Assembly (NCBI GenBank): GCA_965214605.1
Contig: OZ243961.1
Location: forward strand, 928,001 to 992,000
Length of the DNA: 64,000 bases
Direction: 5' to 3'
Source of the DNA: an uncultured Candidatus Binatia bacterium
GTDB taxonomy: Bacteria > Desulfobacterota > Binatia > Bin18
Below are positions 48,726 through 59,230 of the stretch, in pieces (within the stretch, counting starts at the first letter, position 1; each line of letters opens with the position of its first letter). A model generated the notes under the pieces. The model was not told the origin of the DNA. It saw only the letters and a list, made by a program, of their open reading frames with translations, and ran no database searches. Made by a program: the position numbers and the translations under genes.

Positions 48726-49604
48726 ATGCAATACGGTTTACATCTCGCCAACGGCGTTTCCGTCACCGATCCAGCCGTCCTCAAAGATGTCTGTCAGTTG
48801 GCAGAAGAACTGGGGTATGAGTCGATCTTGATCGGAGACCATGTCTTGCCGCCACGCAAAATCAACTCCAAGTTTCCGCTGCCGGTCGAAGATCCCCAAA
48901 TCCACAGGTATCAGGACCAGCACTGGCCGGACTGCTTTGCCATGCTCGGCTTTATGGCTTCAATCACCTCCACCGTCCGGCTCGGGACCAGCGTCTTTAT
49001 CGTCCCCTATCGACATCCGGCGGTAACGGCAAAAATGGTCGCCACCCTCGATAAGCTCTCAAACGGACGCGTTATTGCCGGGATTGGTACCGGCTGGATC
49101 GAAGAGGAGTTCAATTTTTTGAACGTCCCGTTTGCCGAGCGGGGACGTATGACCGACGAATATATTGAGACCATGAAAGCCCTGTGGACAGACGCCCATC
49201 CGCGGATTGAGGGCAGGTTCGTCACCATTGACCGGGACGTCAACTTTGGCCCCTCCCCCGTTCATAAACCCCACCCGCCGATTTGGGTAGGCGGCAATAG
49301 CATGGCCGCCCTGCGGCGTGTCGTCCGCTGTGCCGATGGCTGGCAACCGGCCGGCCTGATGCCGGACGTTGTCGGCCAAAAACTCGACCAGCTACGGTCT
49401 TTGATGGCAGAAGCAGGTCGTGATTTTAGCCAACTCGAAATCACCTGCCTGGTCGGCACAGACGCAACCGAGGCCGTGGCCGATATCTTTGACACGCTGG
49501 GTACCGACGTCCTGTACGGTCTGGTTTCGGCAACCGATGAAGAAACCCCTCAGCTGTTTGCCGAAATCAAACGCTATGCAGAAACCATGTCACAACGGGG
49601 CTGA
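48726..49604 (+). CDS. LLM-class, probably F420-dependent, oxidoreductase
   Basis: GDHVLPP, RLGTSVFIVPYRHP, ATLDKLSNGR, PHPPIWVGG. Confidence 0.9.
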   Translation: MQYGLHLANGVSVTDPAVLKDVCQLAEELGYESILIGDHVLPPRKINSKFPLPVEDPQIHRYQDQHWPDCFAMLGFMASITSTVRLGTSVFIVPYRHPAVTAKMVATLDKLSNGRVIAGIGTGWIEEEFNFLNVPFAERGRMTDEYIETMKALWTDAHPRIEGRFVTIDRDVNFGPSPVHKPHPPIWVGGNSMAALRRVVRCADGWQPAGLMPDVVGQKLDQLRSLMAEAGRDFSQLEITCLVGTDATEAVADIFDTLGTDVLYGLVSATDEETPQLFAEIKRYAETMSQRG

Positions 49605-49682
49605 AATGCAGGCACGTCAAAGGTCAAATGGCAAGAAGGAGAAGACGGCCAGTTGTGATCTTTGGCTTCACCCTTATGACCT

Positions 49683-51374
49683 CTACCCTTCCCCACCGTT
49701 CGCCCGTAACACCTGGCCCGGCAGCTGGCCACGCTCTTGGCCATTGGCCAGGATCGGCACGCCATTCACCAGGACCGCGTGGATGCCTTTGGCGTGTTGG
49801 ACAAAGCGGCCTTCCCCGCCCGGCAGATCTTCAAGAAGCTCTTTCTCACCCGCGCCAACCGTGAGCGGATTAAACATCACCAGGTCGGCCGCTTTCCCAC
49901 GGGCAATCGTTCCCCGCTCGTGCAGGCCAAAGAACTTCGCCGGCTCGGACGTGAGACGCTGCACCGCACGCTCCCAACTCATGGTCTGTCGCTCGCGCAC
50001 CCAGGTTCCCAACAAATAGGTCGGATAGCCGGTGTTACACAGCATATCGACGTGGGCCCCGGCGTCAGACAGGCCGATCATGACCCGCGAGTCGGTCACC
50101 ACCTCTTGCAGGAGCGGTGGATCACAATTCAGGGCGGCCATGGAAAAGCCGGTGCCGAGGTTGTCGGCTAAGGCGCAGTCAAAGAAGGTATCCAGCGGAT
50201 CTTTGCCGCCGGGCCGGCTCAACTCGGCGATCGTCTTGCCCAGCCAATCTCGGTGCTCGGGATTTTTGACTATACACACCTCAATCCGCTGCCACTGGCC
50301 GCTAAATGCTTTGGGGCTGCTGGTGTAGGCCTGACGAAAAGCCGCCCGAAAGGTCGGATCGGCATAAATCCGGGCCTGCTCTTCAGCCGGGCGGTTGAAC
50401 AGCTGGTGACAGATTTCGTACGGCCCTAAGATAAATGGATTGCGGAGATTGAACTGAATCTCGGTCGGCTGGCAGCTGGCCTGGGGAATCGCCCCACGCC
50501 GGATGAGGGCGGAGGTCTTGTCCAGCAGCTCGCGATGGGCGGTAGGCTGATCGTTGCGGGTCTGGACCGACAACCAGGTGACCGGACGCTGGCTTTCGGT
50601 CAGCAGAAAGTCGACCATATCCAACTGCTCTTGGGGAATGAGGGATGAACCCGCTCCGCCTAGATTGACCTCAATAGCCCCGTAGCCGAGGTCCCGCAGG
50701 ACGTGGGCGTAGCTGGCCAGCTCCTCACGACTGGCCAGGCGGCAGGCCAGAGGGCGGCCTCGATAGCCCACGTGCTGAGTGGCCAGGGTGGTAGAGAACC
50801 CGAGCGCGCCAGCCCGCATCCCCTCCCGGAGGAGCGCGCTGATTTGGACCGTTTCATCAAGGGTCGCCGCACGCCCCTGGGCGTGTTCCCCGATCACGTA
50901 GGATCGCAGCGGGGTCAGGGCCATCAGAAAGCCCATATTAATCCCAATCCCGCTTTGGGTTGGCACCCGCATGTATTCGGCAAAACTCTCCCAGCCCCAG
51001 CCAACGCCTTTGGCCAGGACATCGTACGACATACCCTCAACATTGACTAAATCCCAGGCCAGAACCTCATGCTGCTGTGGGCGACAGGGGGCAAGGCCAA
51101 CGCCGCAGTTGCCCATCACGACACTAGTCACGCCGTGCCAGGCCGAACAGCTAATCCGGGGGTCCCAACAGATCTGGGCGTCGTAGTGGGTGTGGGGGTC
51201 AATAAAGCCGGGAGCAACCATCAGACCGTCGGCATCAATGGTCTGGTCTGCCCCGTCGAGATGTTCTCCAAGCTCAACAATCCGGCCGTCTGAGACGGCG
51301 ACGTCGGCCCGAAACTGTGGCGCGCCAGTGCCATCAATCACCGTGCCGTTTTGAATCACTAGATCGTATGTCAT
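49683..51374 (-). CDS. N-acyl-D-amino-acid deacylase family amidohydrolase
   Basis: APGFIDPHTHYDAQ, HGVTSVVMGNCG, SDAGAH, GKAADLV. Confidence 0.92.
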   Translation of the reverse strand: MTYDLVIQNGTVIDGTGAPQFRADVAVSDGRIVELGEHLDGADQTIDADGLMVAPGFIDPHTHYDAQICWDPRISCSAWHGVTSVVMGNCGVGLAPCRPQQHEVLAWDLVNVEGMSYDVLAKGVGWGWESFAEYMRVPTQSGIGINMGFLMALTPLRSYVIGEHAQGRAATLDETVQISALLREGMRAGALGFSTTLATQHVGYRGRPLACRLASREELASYAHVLRDLGYGAIEVNLGGAGSSLIPQEQLDMVDFLLTESQRPVTWLSVQTRNDQPTAHRELLDKTSALIRRGAIPQASCQPTEIQFNLRNPFILGPYEICHQLFNRPAEEQARIYADPTFRAAFRQAYTSSPKAFSGQWQRIEVCIVKNPEHRDWLGKTIAELSRPGGKDPLDTFFDCALADNLGTGFSMAALNCDPPLLQEVVTDSRVMIGLSDAGAHVDMLCNTGYPTYLLGTWVRERQTMSWERAVQRLTSEPAKFFGLHERGTIARGKAADLVMFNPLTVGAGEKELLEDLPGGEGRFVQHAKGIHAVLVNGVPILANGQERGQLPGQVLRANGGEG

Positions 51375-51572
51375 GGCTGCCTCCGTGTCTTGTCAGCGTT
51401 TCATATGCAATAGAGAAGAACAGACCCTATTGTCAAGGAAAAGAACATCTCGGCCATGCAAGAAGCCCGCAGGCCGGACTCGGGGGCCGGCTTGGCTTTG
51501 TTGAGACCGGACCGCAGGATGTGCTATGGCAACGATCACATCAAGGGCCCACACACAGGAAAGGACACATCT

Positions 51573-52445
51573 ATGAGGTTTGGCATCCATTACTCGCTAG
51601 GCGTCGGTATGCGGCCAAACGCCGCCGATTATATCCGCATTGCCCAGAAGGCGGAAGCACTAGGCTATCACTCGGCCTGGCTTGGAGATCACATCGTTAT
51701 TCCGGAGAAAATCGAATCGGCCTACCCCTACACCCCGGACGGCTCGACTAGCTTTCCCCGTCGCTTGCCGTTTCCCGATCCGTTTGTGCTCTTAGCCGGC
51801 ATTGCCGCCAGCACCCGGACCATCCAGATCGGCACCAGCGTTATTGTCGTCCCCTACCGCAACCCGCTACACGTCGCCAAGGCTGTGGCTACCCTCGATA
51901 TGGTCGCCAACGGACGCTTTCAATTCGGCGTCGGAGTAGGCTGGCTGGCCGAAGAGTTTGCGGCCCTGGGGGAGCCGTTCTTCGATCGCGGCAGCCGGAC
52001 CCGCGAATATCTCGCGCTGATGAAAGCGGTCTGGAAAGACGGAGCAACGAGTTTCGAGGGCAAGTATTTCTCCTTTCCCGACCTGTACGCCCTACCGCTG
52101 CCCGTTCAAAAACCCCACCCGCCCATGATCTTTGGTGGTGAAAGCCTGCCAGCACTCAAGCGCGTGGCCGACCTTGGCGAGGGCTGGCAGCCCGGTCCAA
52201 TTCCGGTGGACATGCTACGAGAGCGGACCGACCGGCTCAAAGCCCTCATGGCCGAGCGCGGCAGAGATTTTTCTCAGCTCTCCTTCTCCATGCTGGGCGA
52301 CGGCCAAGACTTGAAGGATAATCCGGACAAGTTGGCCCGGCTGGAAGAGATCGGCGTGCAGGAAGTGGTCTTGTTTATGACCGATGCTGATACAGAGAAG
52401 ACGCTGACCAGGCTCGAAGACAACGCCCGAACCTTTCTAGCCTAG
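51573..52445 (+). CDS. LLM-class, probably F420-dependent, oxidoreductase
   Basis: WLGDHIVIP, GTSVIVVPYRNP, GVGVGWLAEEF, PVQKPHPP. Confidence 0.92.
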   Translation: MRFGIHYSLGVGMRPNAADYIRIAQKAEALGYHSAWLGDHIVIPEKIESAYPYTPDGSTSFPRRLPFPDPFVLLAGIAASTRTIQIGTSVIVVPYRNPLHVAKAVATLDMVANGRFQFGVGVGWLAEEFAALGEPFFDRGSRTREYLALMKAVWKDGATSFEGKYFSFPDLYALPLPVQKPHPPMIFGGESLPALKRVADLGEGWQPGPIPVDMLRERTDRLKALMAERGRDFSQLSFSMLGDGQDLKDNPDKLARLEEIGVQEVVLFMTDADTEKTLTRLEDNARTFLA

Positions 52446-52470
52446 CTCGGGCGCTGTGTCGGCAGGCCGT

Positions 52471-53700
52471 CTACCACCTTTTCTGGCCGCGCGGCGCAAA
52501 GTGTCGAATCGCCCCGTTGGCAATCCGCGCCGCGCGGGAAGCCTGAGGTTGGGTAAACTGGCGCACGGTCAGAGCGCCCGGCTCAAAGCCACGCACCATT
52601 TTACGCGGAATCTCGGCGCCGAGGCCGCGCTCTATGGCTCGCACAAAGTTCAGCTCGTCCAAACAGGCCAGCGAAATCGCGTCACCGCTGGCGGTGGCAC
52701 GGGCGGTACGACCGATCCGATGGATGTAATCATCGGCGACCTGTGGCACATCGAAGTTGACGACGTGCGAGATACCCCGCACGTCCAAACCACGAGCTGC
52801 CACATCGGTGGCCACCAACACGTCAATCTGCCCGGTCCGAAAGCTGGTGAGCGCACGCGTCCGGAGTCGCTGGCTTTTGTCACCGTGCAGGGCTTCTACC
52901 CGGCGTCCGGTCTGGCTCAGCCGGCGAGCCAGCCAGTCGGCCCGGCTTTTCGTCCGAGTAAAGACGAGCACCTGCCGCATCCGTCCTCGCCGGAGCAAAT
53001 AGTGGAGCAGGGCGATCTTCTGTTCGGCTTCGACCAAATACAACACTTGGCGTACAGTCGGAACCGGCATAGCTCTGGGACCGACATCAATCACGACCGG
53101 AGACTGCATGACTTCGTAGGCCAGGCGTTCGATCTCGACGGGCATGGTGGCTGAGAACAGCAGCGTCTGGCGATCGGTCGGTAGGGCGTTGAGGATGCGG
53201 CGCACATCGGGCAAAAACCCCATATCGAGCATACGGTCGGCCTCGTCGAGCACCACCGAGGTGAGGGCATGAAGGGTCAGGTTCCCCCGCTGCATATGGT
53301 CGAGCAGCCGACCTGGGGTAGCAATCAAGAGATCGACGCCCCGTTCTAGCTGTTCGATCTGTGGTCCGAGCCCCACTCCACCGAACACCACCGCCGAACG
53401 AGTCTGGAGATATTTTCCATATGTCAGGGCACTCTTCCCGAGCTGAGCGGCCAGCTCACGGGTCGGGCTGAGGACCAGTGCTCGCAGCCGAGGGCCTTTG
53501 GTGTGGGCGAGTTCGTGTAGAATGGGCAGCAAAAACCCGGCGGTTTTTCCAGTCCCGGTTTGGGCACACGCCAACAAATCTTTGCCGTCCATAACAACCG
53601 GGATGGCCTGACTCTGGACCGGCGTTGGGACTGTGTAGCGGGCGTCATCAAGAGCGCGAAGTAATTCAGATCTGAGTCCGAGTTCGGGAAATGTCGTCAA
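52471..53700 (-). CDS. DEAD-box RNA helicase (RhlE-like)
   Basis: AQTGTGKT, PTRELA, TPGRLLD, LDEADRM, SAT, ARGLD, HRIGRT. Confidence 0.96.
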   Translation of the reverse strand: MTTFPELGLRSELLRALDDARYTVPTPVQSQAIPVVMDGKDLLACAQTGTGKTAGFLLPILHELAHTKGPRLRALVLSPTRELAAQLGKSALTYGKYLQTRSAVVFGGVGLGPQIEQLERGVDLLIATPGRLLDHMQRGNLTLHALTSVVLDEADRMLDMGFLPDVRRILNALPTDRQTLLFSATMPVEIERLAYEVMQSPVVIDVGPRAMPVPTVRQVLYLVEAEQKIALLHYLLRRGRMRQVLVFTRTKSRADWLARRLSQTGRRVEALHGDKSQRLRTRALTSFRTGQIDVLVATDVAARGLDVRGISHVVNFDVPQVADDYIHRIGRTARATASGDAISLACLDELNFVRAIERGLGAEIPRKMVRGFEPGALTVRQFTQPQASRAARIANGAIRHFAPRGQKRW

Positions 53701-53822
53701 ACACGTCTCTCCTTATTGGACCTATCTTATCTGACTAACCGAGCAGATGCCAGTCATGCGGACCTTGACCGAATAAGTCAGAGACAGGCATATTGTCCGT
53801 GTTCTTCTACAGGAGGAGAGGC

Positions 53823-55013
53823 GTGTACCAAGATTATAAATTTATTGACAGCGATGCACACATCCTTGAACCGGCCGACCTGTTTGAGAAGTATCTTGAA
53901 GTCCCGTTTCGTGCCGAAATGCCACGGGCGTGGGTTGATTATCGGGGCGAACCGCTCGGCTTCGGCATTTCGGTGACCATCCCCGCGGCCCACAGTGACC
54001 ACGACTATGTTATGCCGTTCGGCCGAGACCCGATGCCCGACGGCGAGCCGACCCTGGGCGACGCGGGCACCCGTATTGCCATGCCCGAACACAATGATGC
54101 CTACGCCGGCTTTGCCCGCAAAGGCTTTCCACCCGACCTGTATAAGCTGGTCCTGGAGCGCACTGGCATCGACTATATGGTCGTCTATCCCACCGTCGGC
54201 CTGTACGTGACCGCGGTCCCCCGGCTCAAAGCGGAAACCGCCGCCGCCTATCGTCGGGCCTACAATAACTGGCTGCACGATTTTTGTACCGATGCCGGCG
54301 ACCGGGTCGTTGGTGCGGCATCTATTGATCTGCGCGATCCCGACGAAGCGATTCGAGAGGTTCGTCGGTGTGTCAAAGACTTCGGTTTCAAAGCGGTGCA
54401 CATCAATCCGACCCCGGTTGGCGAACACCGGATGTACGATGCCGTGTACGATCCGCTGTGGAGCACGCTGGAAGATCTTGACGTCCCGCTGGCCATCCAT
54501 GTCGGAGCGGGCAATGCGGCCGACGAGATGCTCTACTACTACCTGCCTCGCCTGCGCTCCATCCAGGGCACCATGGCCTTCACTATGGGCAATATGATTG
54601 CCAGTGCGGCGCTCATTATGGGCGGGGTGCTCGAACGCCATCCAAAACTGCGCGTGGTCCACCTGGAATCTGGGGCGGGCTGGGCGGCGTTTTGGATCGA
54701 CCGCATGGATGCTGGCGTCCAGGGCGGTTTCCGCGACCTTGAGAATCCGGGCCTCAAGCTGCACCCTATCGATTACTTCCAGCGCCAGTGCTACATCGCG
54801 GCCGATCAGGATGACCCCGGGATCAAACAGGTCATTGCGGTAATGGGCGATGACAACATTGTGACCGCAACCGACTTCGGCCATCCCGAAGGGCGAAAAT
54901 ATGCCGGTGCGGCCCAAGAGCTGCTCGGCCTGCCAGGTGTTTCCCCAGACAGTAAACGCAAGATTATGTGGGATAACGCTCTGCGGCTGTACCCACTCGG
55001 GACCACCGCTTAG
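53823..55013 (+). CDS. Amidohydrolase_2 family protein
   Basis: IDSDAHILEP, RAYNNWL, HLESGAGW, ATDFGHPE; AGGAG RBS with GTG start. Confidence 0.92.
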   Translation: MYQDYKFIDSDAHILEPADLFEKYLEVPFRAEMPRAWVDYRGEPLGFGISVTIPAAHSDHDYVMPFGRDPMPDGEPTLGDAGTRIAMPEHNDAYAGFARKGFPPDLYKLVLERTGIDYMVVYPTVGLYVTAVPRLKAETAAAYRRAYNNWLHDFCTDAGDRVVGAASIDLRDPDEAIREVRRCVKDFGFKAVHINPTPVGEHRMYDAVYDPLWSTLEDLDVPLAIHVGAGNAADEMLYYYLPRLRSIQGTMAFTMGNMIASAALIMGGVLERHPKLRVVHLESGAGWAAFWIDRMDAGVQGGFRDLENPGLKLHPIDYFQRQCYIAADQDDPGIKQVIAVMGDDNIVTATDFGHPEGRKYAGAAQELLGLPGVSPDSKRKIMWDNALRLYPLGTTA

Positions 55014-55618
55014 TCAACAATGTCGAACGAGAAAAAGGCCAACGCCACAACGTTCGGGACGTCAGCCAGAGCGCGGATCTGGCTGCCGCCCGCGGCAACC
55101 GAAATCGCGTCAGCCGGTCAGCAGCACCATTCCGCTACGCCGCCCGCGGCCAATTCGATTTCACAGCTGTTCAGGTGATCTCACAGTCCAAGGGTGAAGC
55201 CGAACGGCCGCGGCTCAATCTTCTTGGAGTGCCACCTCAAGAAAATCACCAGGCCCCGCTCATAGAGACCGGTCCGGTCAGCGGATGGACTAGATCCAGA
55301 TTGCTCTTCCCCACATCTCCAGCCTGGAAGTCGGCCTGCGGCTAGTCGCCAAACGCGTCCCGGGTTCCCAGACCGGCCGCCTTGGCCGATTTCAACGGCA
55401 GACGCCACCAGTGGGAATTCCTAGCGGTTACGGCCGGTGGGGGGTGATTGGCGGGCGGTTGGTTCGGCCAGGCGCAAGATAGACAGTGGCCGTTGAGACC
55501 AGACGCGCTCTCCTTATCGTTCTCTTGCCACCCACTTTGACGGCTCGTGGTAGACCGTTGTCGCTTGCTCTTCTGACTCCAATTGATATATCCAGCCCAT
55601 ACGCTGGCAGGAGGAAAT

Positions 55619-56845
55619 ATGAAGCCGTTGCAAGATCTGCTTGTCCTTGATCTGACCCGTTTCTTAGCCGGTCCGTACTGCACCTTGCTGCTGGGCGGCT
55701 TAGGTGCCGAGGTCATCAAAATCGAACCCCCAGGTAAAGGCGAAGGCCACCGCGACCGCCCCCCCTACGCTGGCCCCCAAGGCGCCAGTCTCACCAAGCA
55801 GACCGACGACGACATCGGCCTGATGGTTCTGCATCGGGCCCGCAATAAGAAAAGCGTGACGCTCAACCTGCGCTTGCCCCAAGGTATTGAGTTGTTCAAA
55901 CAGCTGTGCACCAAAGCTGATATCGTGGTCGAGAATTATTCGCCTGGCACCCTGGATAAGATGGGGCTGGGCTTTCCCGTCCTGCAGGAGATCAACCCGC
56001 GCCTCATTCTGTGCTCCATCTCGGGCTTTGGCCAGACCGGGCCGTACAGTGAATGGCGGGCCTACGATCCGATTATTCAGGCCATGGGTGGGATTAACAG
56101 CGTCACCGGCTTCCCCGACCGCCAACCGGTCCGCTGCGGGGCAGCCATCAGCGACACCACGGCCCCGCTGTTCGGGGTCATCGGCATTCTGTCCGCCCTC
56201 CAGCTGCGTGACAAAACCGGCAAAGGCGACTGGGTCGATATCTCAATGCAAGACGGGACCTTCTTTTTTCTGCCCGAGCTCGTCGAATACTTAAACGCTG
56301 GAGAAATTCCGGTTCGGCGCGGGAACGCGCATATCGGCGGAGCACCGTTTAATGTCTACGACGCCTTGGATGGCCACGTCTCGGTATGCGCCGTCACCTC
56401 CCGTGGCTGGGAAAATTGTCTGCGGGCGATTGGCCGGGAAGATCTCAAGGACGACCCGCGGTATGCCTACCTGTCGAACCGGGTCAAAAACCGCAAAGAC
56501 GTTGACCAACTCATGCAGGACTGGATGGCCCGACGCACGGTTGCCGAGGCGGTTGAGATCTTACAGGCACATGAGGTGCCCTCCAGCCCGGTCCTGAATC
56601 CCCAGCAGCTGTTAGAAGACGAACATCTGGTGGCCCGAAACATGGTCGTGCCCCTGTCTCATCCGACCCACGGCCCGATGCCGGACGTGAAAGGTTTTGG
56701 CATGCCAATCAAGTTTGTCCAAAATCCAGTTCAGTTCGATCAGCCGGCACCGGAGCTAGGCGCGCATAATGCAGAAGTGTACAGTCAAGTTTTAGGTCTG
56801 GCCGACGATCGGCTCCGGGCGCTGAAAGACCAAGGAGTGATTTGA
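55619..56845 (+). CDS. Family III CoA-transferase (CaiB/BaiF)
   Basis: VLDLTRFLAGP, RNKKSVTLNL, ADIVVENY, AYDPIIQAMGG. Confidence 0.95.
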   Translation: MKPLQDLLVLDLTRFLAGPYCTLLLGGLGAEVIKIEPPGKGEGHRDRPPYAGPQGASLTKQTDDDIGLMVLHRARNKKSVTLNLRLPQGIELFKQLCTKADIVVENYSPGTLDKMGLGFPVLQEINPRLILCSISGFGQTGPYSEWRAYDPIIQAMGGINSVTGFPDRQPVRCGAAISDTTAPLFGVIGILSALQLRDKTGKGDWVDISMQDGTFFFLPELVEYLNAGEIPVRRGNAHIGGAPFNVYDALDGHVSVCAVTSRGWENCLRAIGREDLKDDPRYAYLSNRVKNRKDVDQLMQDWMARRTVAEAVEILQAHEVPSSPVLNPQQLLEDEHLVARNMVVPLSHPTHGPMPDVKGFGMPIKFVQNPVQFDQPAPELGAHNAEVYSQVLGLADDRLRALKDQGVI

Positions 56846-56860
56846 GGAAGGAGTATCACA

Positions 56861-57199
56861 ATGGGCTTGTTCCGACTCTACACTGGCGCTGACGGCCAGT
56901 CGCATTTTGAAGATCAGAGCCTAGCTTCGCACCCGGAGCTGACGAACGCGCAGAGCGCCTCTCGCATCTTTTTTGCCGAGATGGCCCCAGGCAGGTTTAT
57001 CGACTGGCACCCGGCTCCACGCCGCCAGTATGTGATTATTCTGTCCGGCGAGTTAGAGATAGGGCTGGGCGACGGCACCACGCGTCGCTTCGGTCCGGGC
57101 GATGCGCGCCTAGTTGAGGATACGACCGGGCAAGGCCACACAACACGCGCGGTGAGTGATGAGCCAGTAGTCACCGCGGTCGTGCCCCTGAATGATTAA
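56861..57199 (+). CDS. Cupin-domain protein
   Basis: DGQSHF, DWHPAPRRQY, EDTTGQGH. Confidence 0.88.
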   Translation: MGLFRLYTGADGQSHFEDQSLASHPELTNAQSASRIFFAEMAPGRFIDWHPAPRRQYVIILSGELEIGLGDGTTRRFGPGDARLVEDTTGQGHTTRAVSDEPVVTAVVPLND

Positions 57200-57207
57200 G
57201 CCATCGA

Positions 57208-58167
57208 ATGGCTTCGATTCCCACACTGACCGACATTCGCGCTGCCGCCCACCGCATCCGCCCCCATATCCACCGGACACCGATTCTGAGCTGCGCCGGC
57301 ATCAATCGTATTGTTGGTGCCCAGCTGTTCTTTAAATGCGAGAATTTCCAGAAAATAGGGGCGTTTAAGATTCGCGGGGCGACCAACGCGGTTTTGTCCC
57401 TCGGCGCCCAAGACGCCGCTGCCGGAGTCGCCACGCACTCCTCCGGCAACCACGCGGCTGCCCTAGCCCTAGCCGCTCAACTGCGGAGGGTGAAAGCCTA
57501 TGTGGTGATGCCGGCCACTGCCCCACAGGTCAAAAAGGACGCGGTGGCCGCCTATGGGGCGCAGATCACGCTTTGTGCGCCAACCCTTGAAGCCCGGCAA
57601 GCCCGGCTGGACCAAATCGTGGCCGCAACCGGAGCGGCTTTTATTCCGCCGTATAACGATGAGCACATCATCGCCGGACAGGCCACTGTTGCCCTGGAAC
57701 TGATCGAAGATATCTCCGACCTAGACCTGATCATGACCCCGATCGGAGGGGGCGGCTTGACCAGCGGAACAGCGCTGGTCGTCCGTGCCCTATGCCCACG
57801 CACCCGCGTGATAGCCGCTGAGCCCAAGGGCGCGGATGACGCCTATCGGTCCTTCCGGGCCGGCTACATCATTCCGTCGGTCAATCCCCAAACGATTGCC
57901 GACGGGTTGTTGACCTCGCTGGGCGACAAGACCTTCGCCATCATTCGAGACTCCGTAGATGACATTGTGACAGTCGGGGAAGCGGACATCATCGAGGCCA
58001 TGCGGCTGATCTGGGAACGGATGAAAATTATTGTCGAGCCGTCGGCCGCCGTCCCCCTCGGTGCGCTGCTGGGTCGGTCGGTTGACGTGAAGGGGAAGCG
58101 GGTAGCGATCATAGTGTCAGGCGGCAATGTCGATCTTACTCGCCTCCCCTTCTCACCGGCAGCCTGA
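57208..58167 (+). CDS. PLP-dependent serine/threonine dehydratase/racemase
   Basis: KCENFQKIGAFKIRGA, HSSGNH, PIGGGGL, SGGNVD. Confidence 0.95.
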   Translation: MASIPTLTDIRAAAHRIRPHIHRTPILSCAGINRIVGAQLFFKCENFQKIGAFKIRGATNAVLSLGAQDAAAGVATHSSGNHAAALALAAQLRRVKAYVVMPATAPQVKKDAVAAYGAQITLCAPTLEARQARLDQIVAATGAAFIPPYNDEHIIAGQATVALELIEDISDLDLIMTPIGGGGLTSGTALVVRALCPRTRVIAAEPKGADDAYRSFRAGYIIPSVNPQTIADGLLTSLGDKTFAIIRDSVDDIVTVGEADIIEAMRLIWERMKIIVEPSAAVPLGALLGRSVDVKGKRVAIIVSGGNVDLTRLPFSPAA

Positions 58168-58323
58168 CTGGAACATTGGCTGCCGATTGGCTATACTGCC
58201 GGTCCGGCTCCAGGGTCGGGCCGGAGAGACTTTGCCCTCGCCGTCACGGCGAGGGGTGGAAGAGAGAGGTGGGGGATGGGAAGGAAAGTCTTGACTCGTC
58301 CGGGCCGGATCGCGGAAGGACGG

Positions 58324-58767
58324 ATGGCCCGGCGCTTACAGCCGCTCGGCCGCTTCAGCCTCGTCGTTCTGCTGGCGGTGTTGTGCTCAACCGGCTGCGC
58401 CCATTATGTCGAGCGCCAGATGGTCGTCACAGCCTATTCGTCCGATAAGATCAGCACCAATTGGCGACGTGGGCGGATCTTGTTCTGGCGCGCCTATGTC
58501 GCTAGCGGTCCCAATAAGGGCAAGCGCAAATACGTGGGCGTCACCTCAAGCGGCACCAAAGCTCGCAAAGGGACAATTGCCGCCGATACCCGCTACTATC
58601 CCTACGGCACGGTGATGAAGGTCCCCGGTTATGGAAAAGGCGTGGTCGAAGATATCGGCAGCGCGATAAAAGGTCCGAACCGCATTGACGTGTATTTTTC
58701 GACCCGCAAAAAGGCACTCAAATGGGGACGCCAAAGACTGACTGTGAGTGTGTTGCAGGAGGACTGA
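58324..58767 (+). CDS. 3D-domain (lytic transglycosylase-like) lipoprotein
   Basis: Signal/lipobox STGC; VTAYS, IAAD, VEDIGSAIKG, RIDVYF; start may be 58276. Confidence 0.88.
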   Translation: MARRLQPLGRFSLVVLLAVLCSTGCAHYVERQMVVTAYSSDKISTNWRRGRILFWRAYVASGPNKGKRKYVGVTSSGTKARKGTIAADTRYYPYGTVMKVPGYGKGVVEDIGSAIKGPNRIDVYFSTRKKALKWGRQRLTVSVLQED

Positions 58768-58806
58768 GGGGGCCGGGTCCGGCCAACCTGTCCCTCGCAA
58801 AGGGAT

Positions 58807-59079
58807 TCAGTCGCCCAACTCCGCCCGTATTTTCTCCATGTACGGTTTCACATAGGTGTCCATATACGGCTGCCCGTAGGCCAGGAGGACAAACGCGAAC
58901 ACCGCAGACAGGGCAGTGAGGACTATCGCCCTCAGGATGAACCCGAGCTTCCCCCTTGGGCGGTCACGATATGTCGCACGCCGAAGGACGCGGCCCGTCC
59001 TTTTCTTCCTCCATGGTGAATCGTCAGCCAGGTGCGGGTCGGGCTTGCTGACCAGCGGGGTGTCTTTCCACGTTGGCAT
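58807..59079 (-). CDS. Small basic membrane protein, hypothetical
   Basis: AGGAAGG RBS; single TM segment. Confidence 0.6.
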   Translation of the reverse strand: MPTWKDTPLVSKPDPHLADDSPWRKKRTGRVLRRATYRDRPRGKLGFILRAIVLTALSAVFAFVLLAYGQPYMDTYVKPYMEKIRAELGD

Positions 59080-59097
59080 AGTCCTTCCTATGGCGGT

Positions 59098-59200
59098 TCA
59101 ACAGGCGCGGGGCGCTCGCGGGCGCTCTTGAGAGAGATCGAACATGAAGTGCTGGCTTGGGGCGTCCCTCCAGCATCAACAGGCGCGGGGCGCTCGCGGG
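59098..59200 (+). repeat. 25-bp direct repeat, two copies (59098-59122, 59176-59200)
   Basis: TCAACAGGCGCGGGGCGCTCGCGGG twice, 53 nt apart. Confidence 0.9.
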
Positions 59201-59230
59201 GGAGAGAGGCCCGCGCCTCGCGGGGGCGGC

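Noticed and set aside
59098-59200. 25-bp direct repeat pair as a mini CRISPR array
   Set aside because: Only two copies, a 53-nt spacer, no GTTT/GAAAC-type ends, no leader and no adjacent cas genes; more likely a local duplication.
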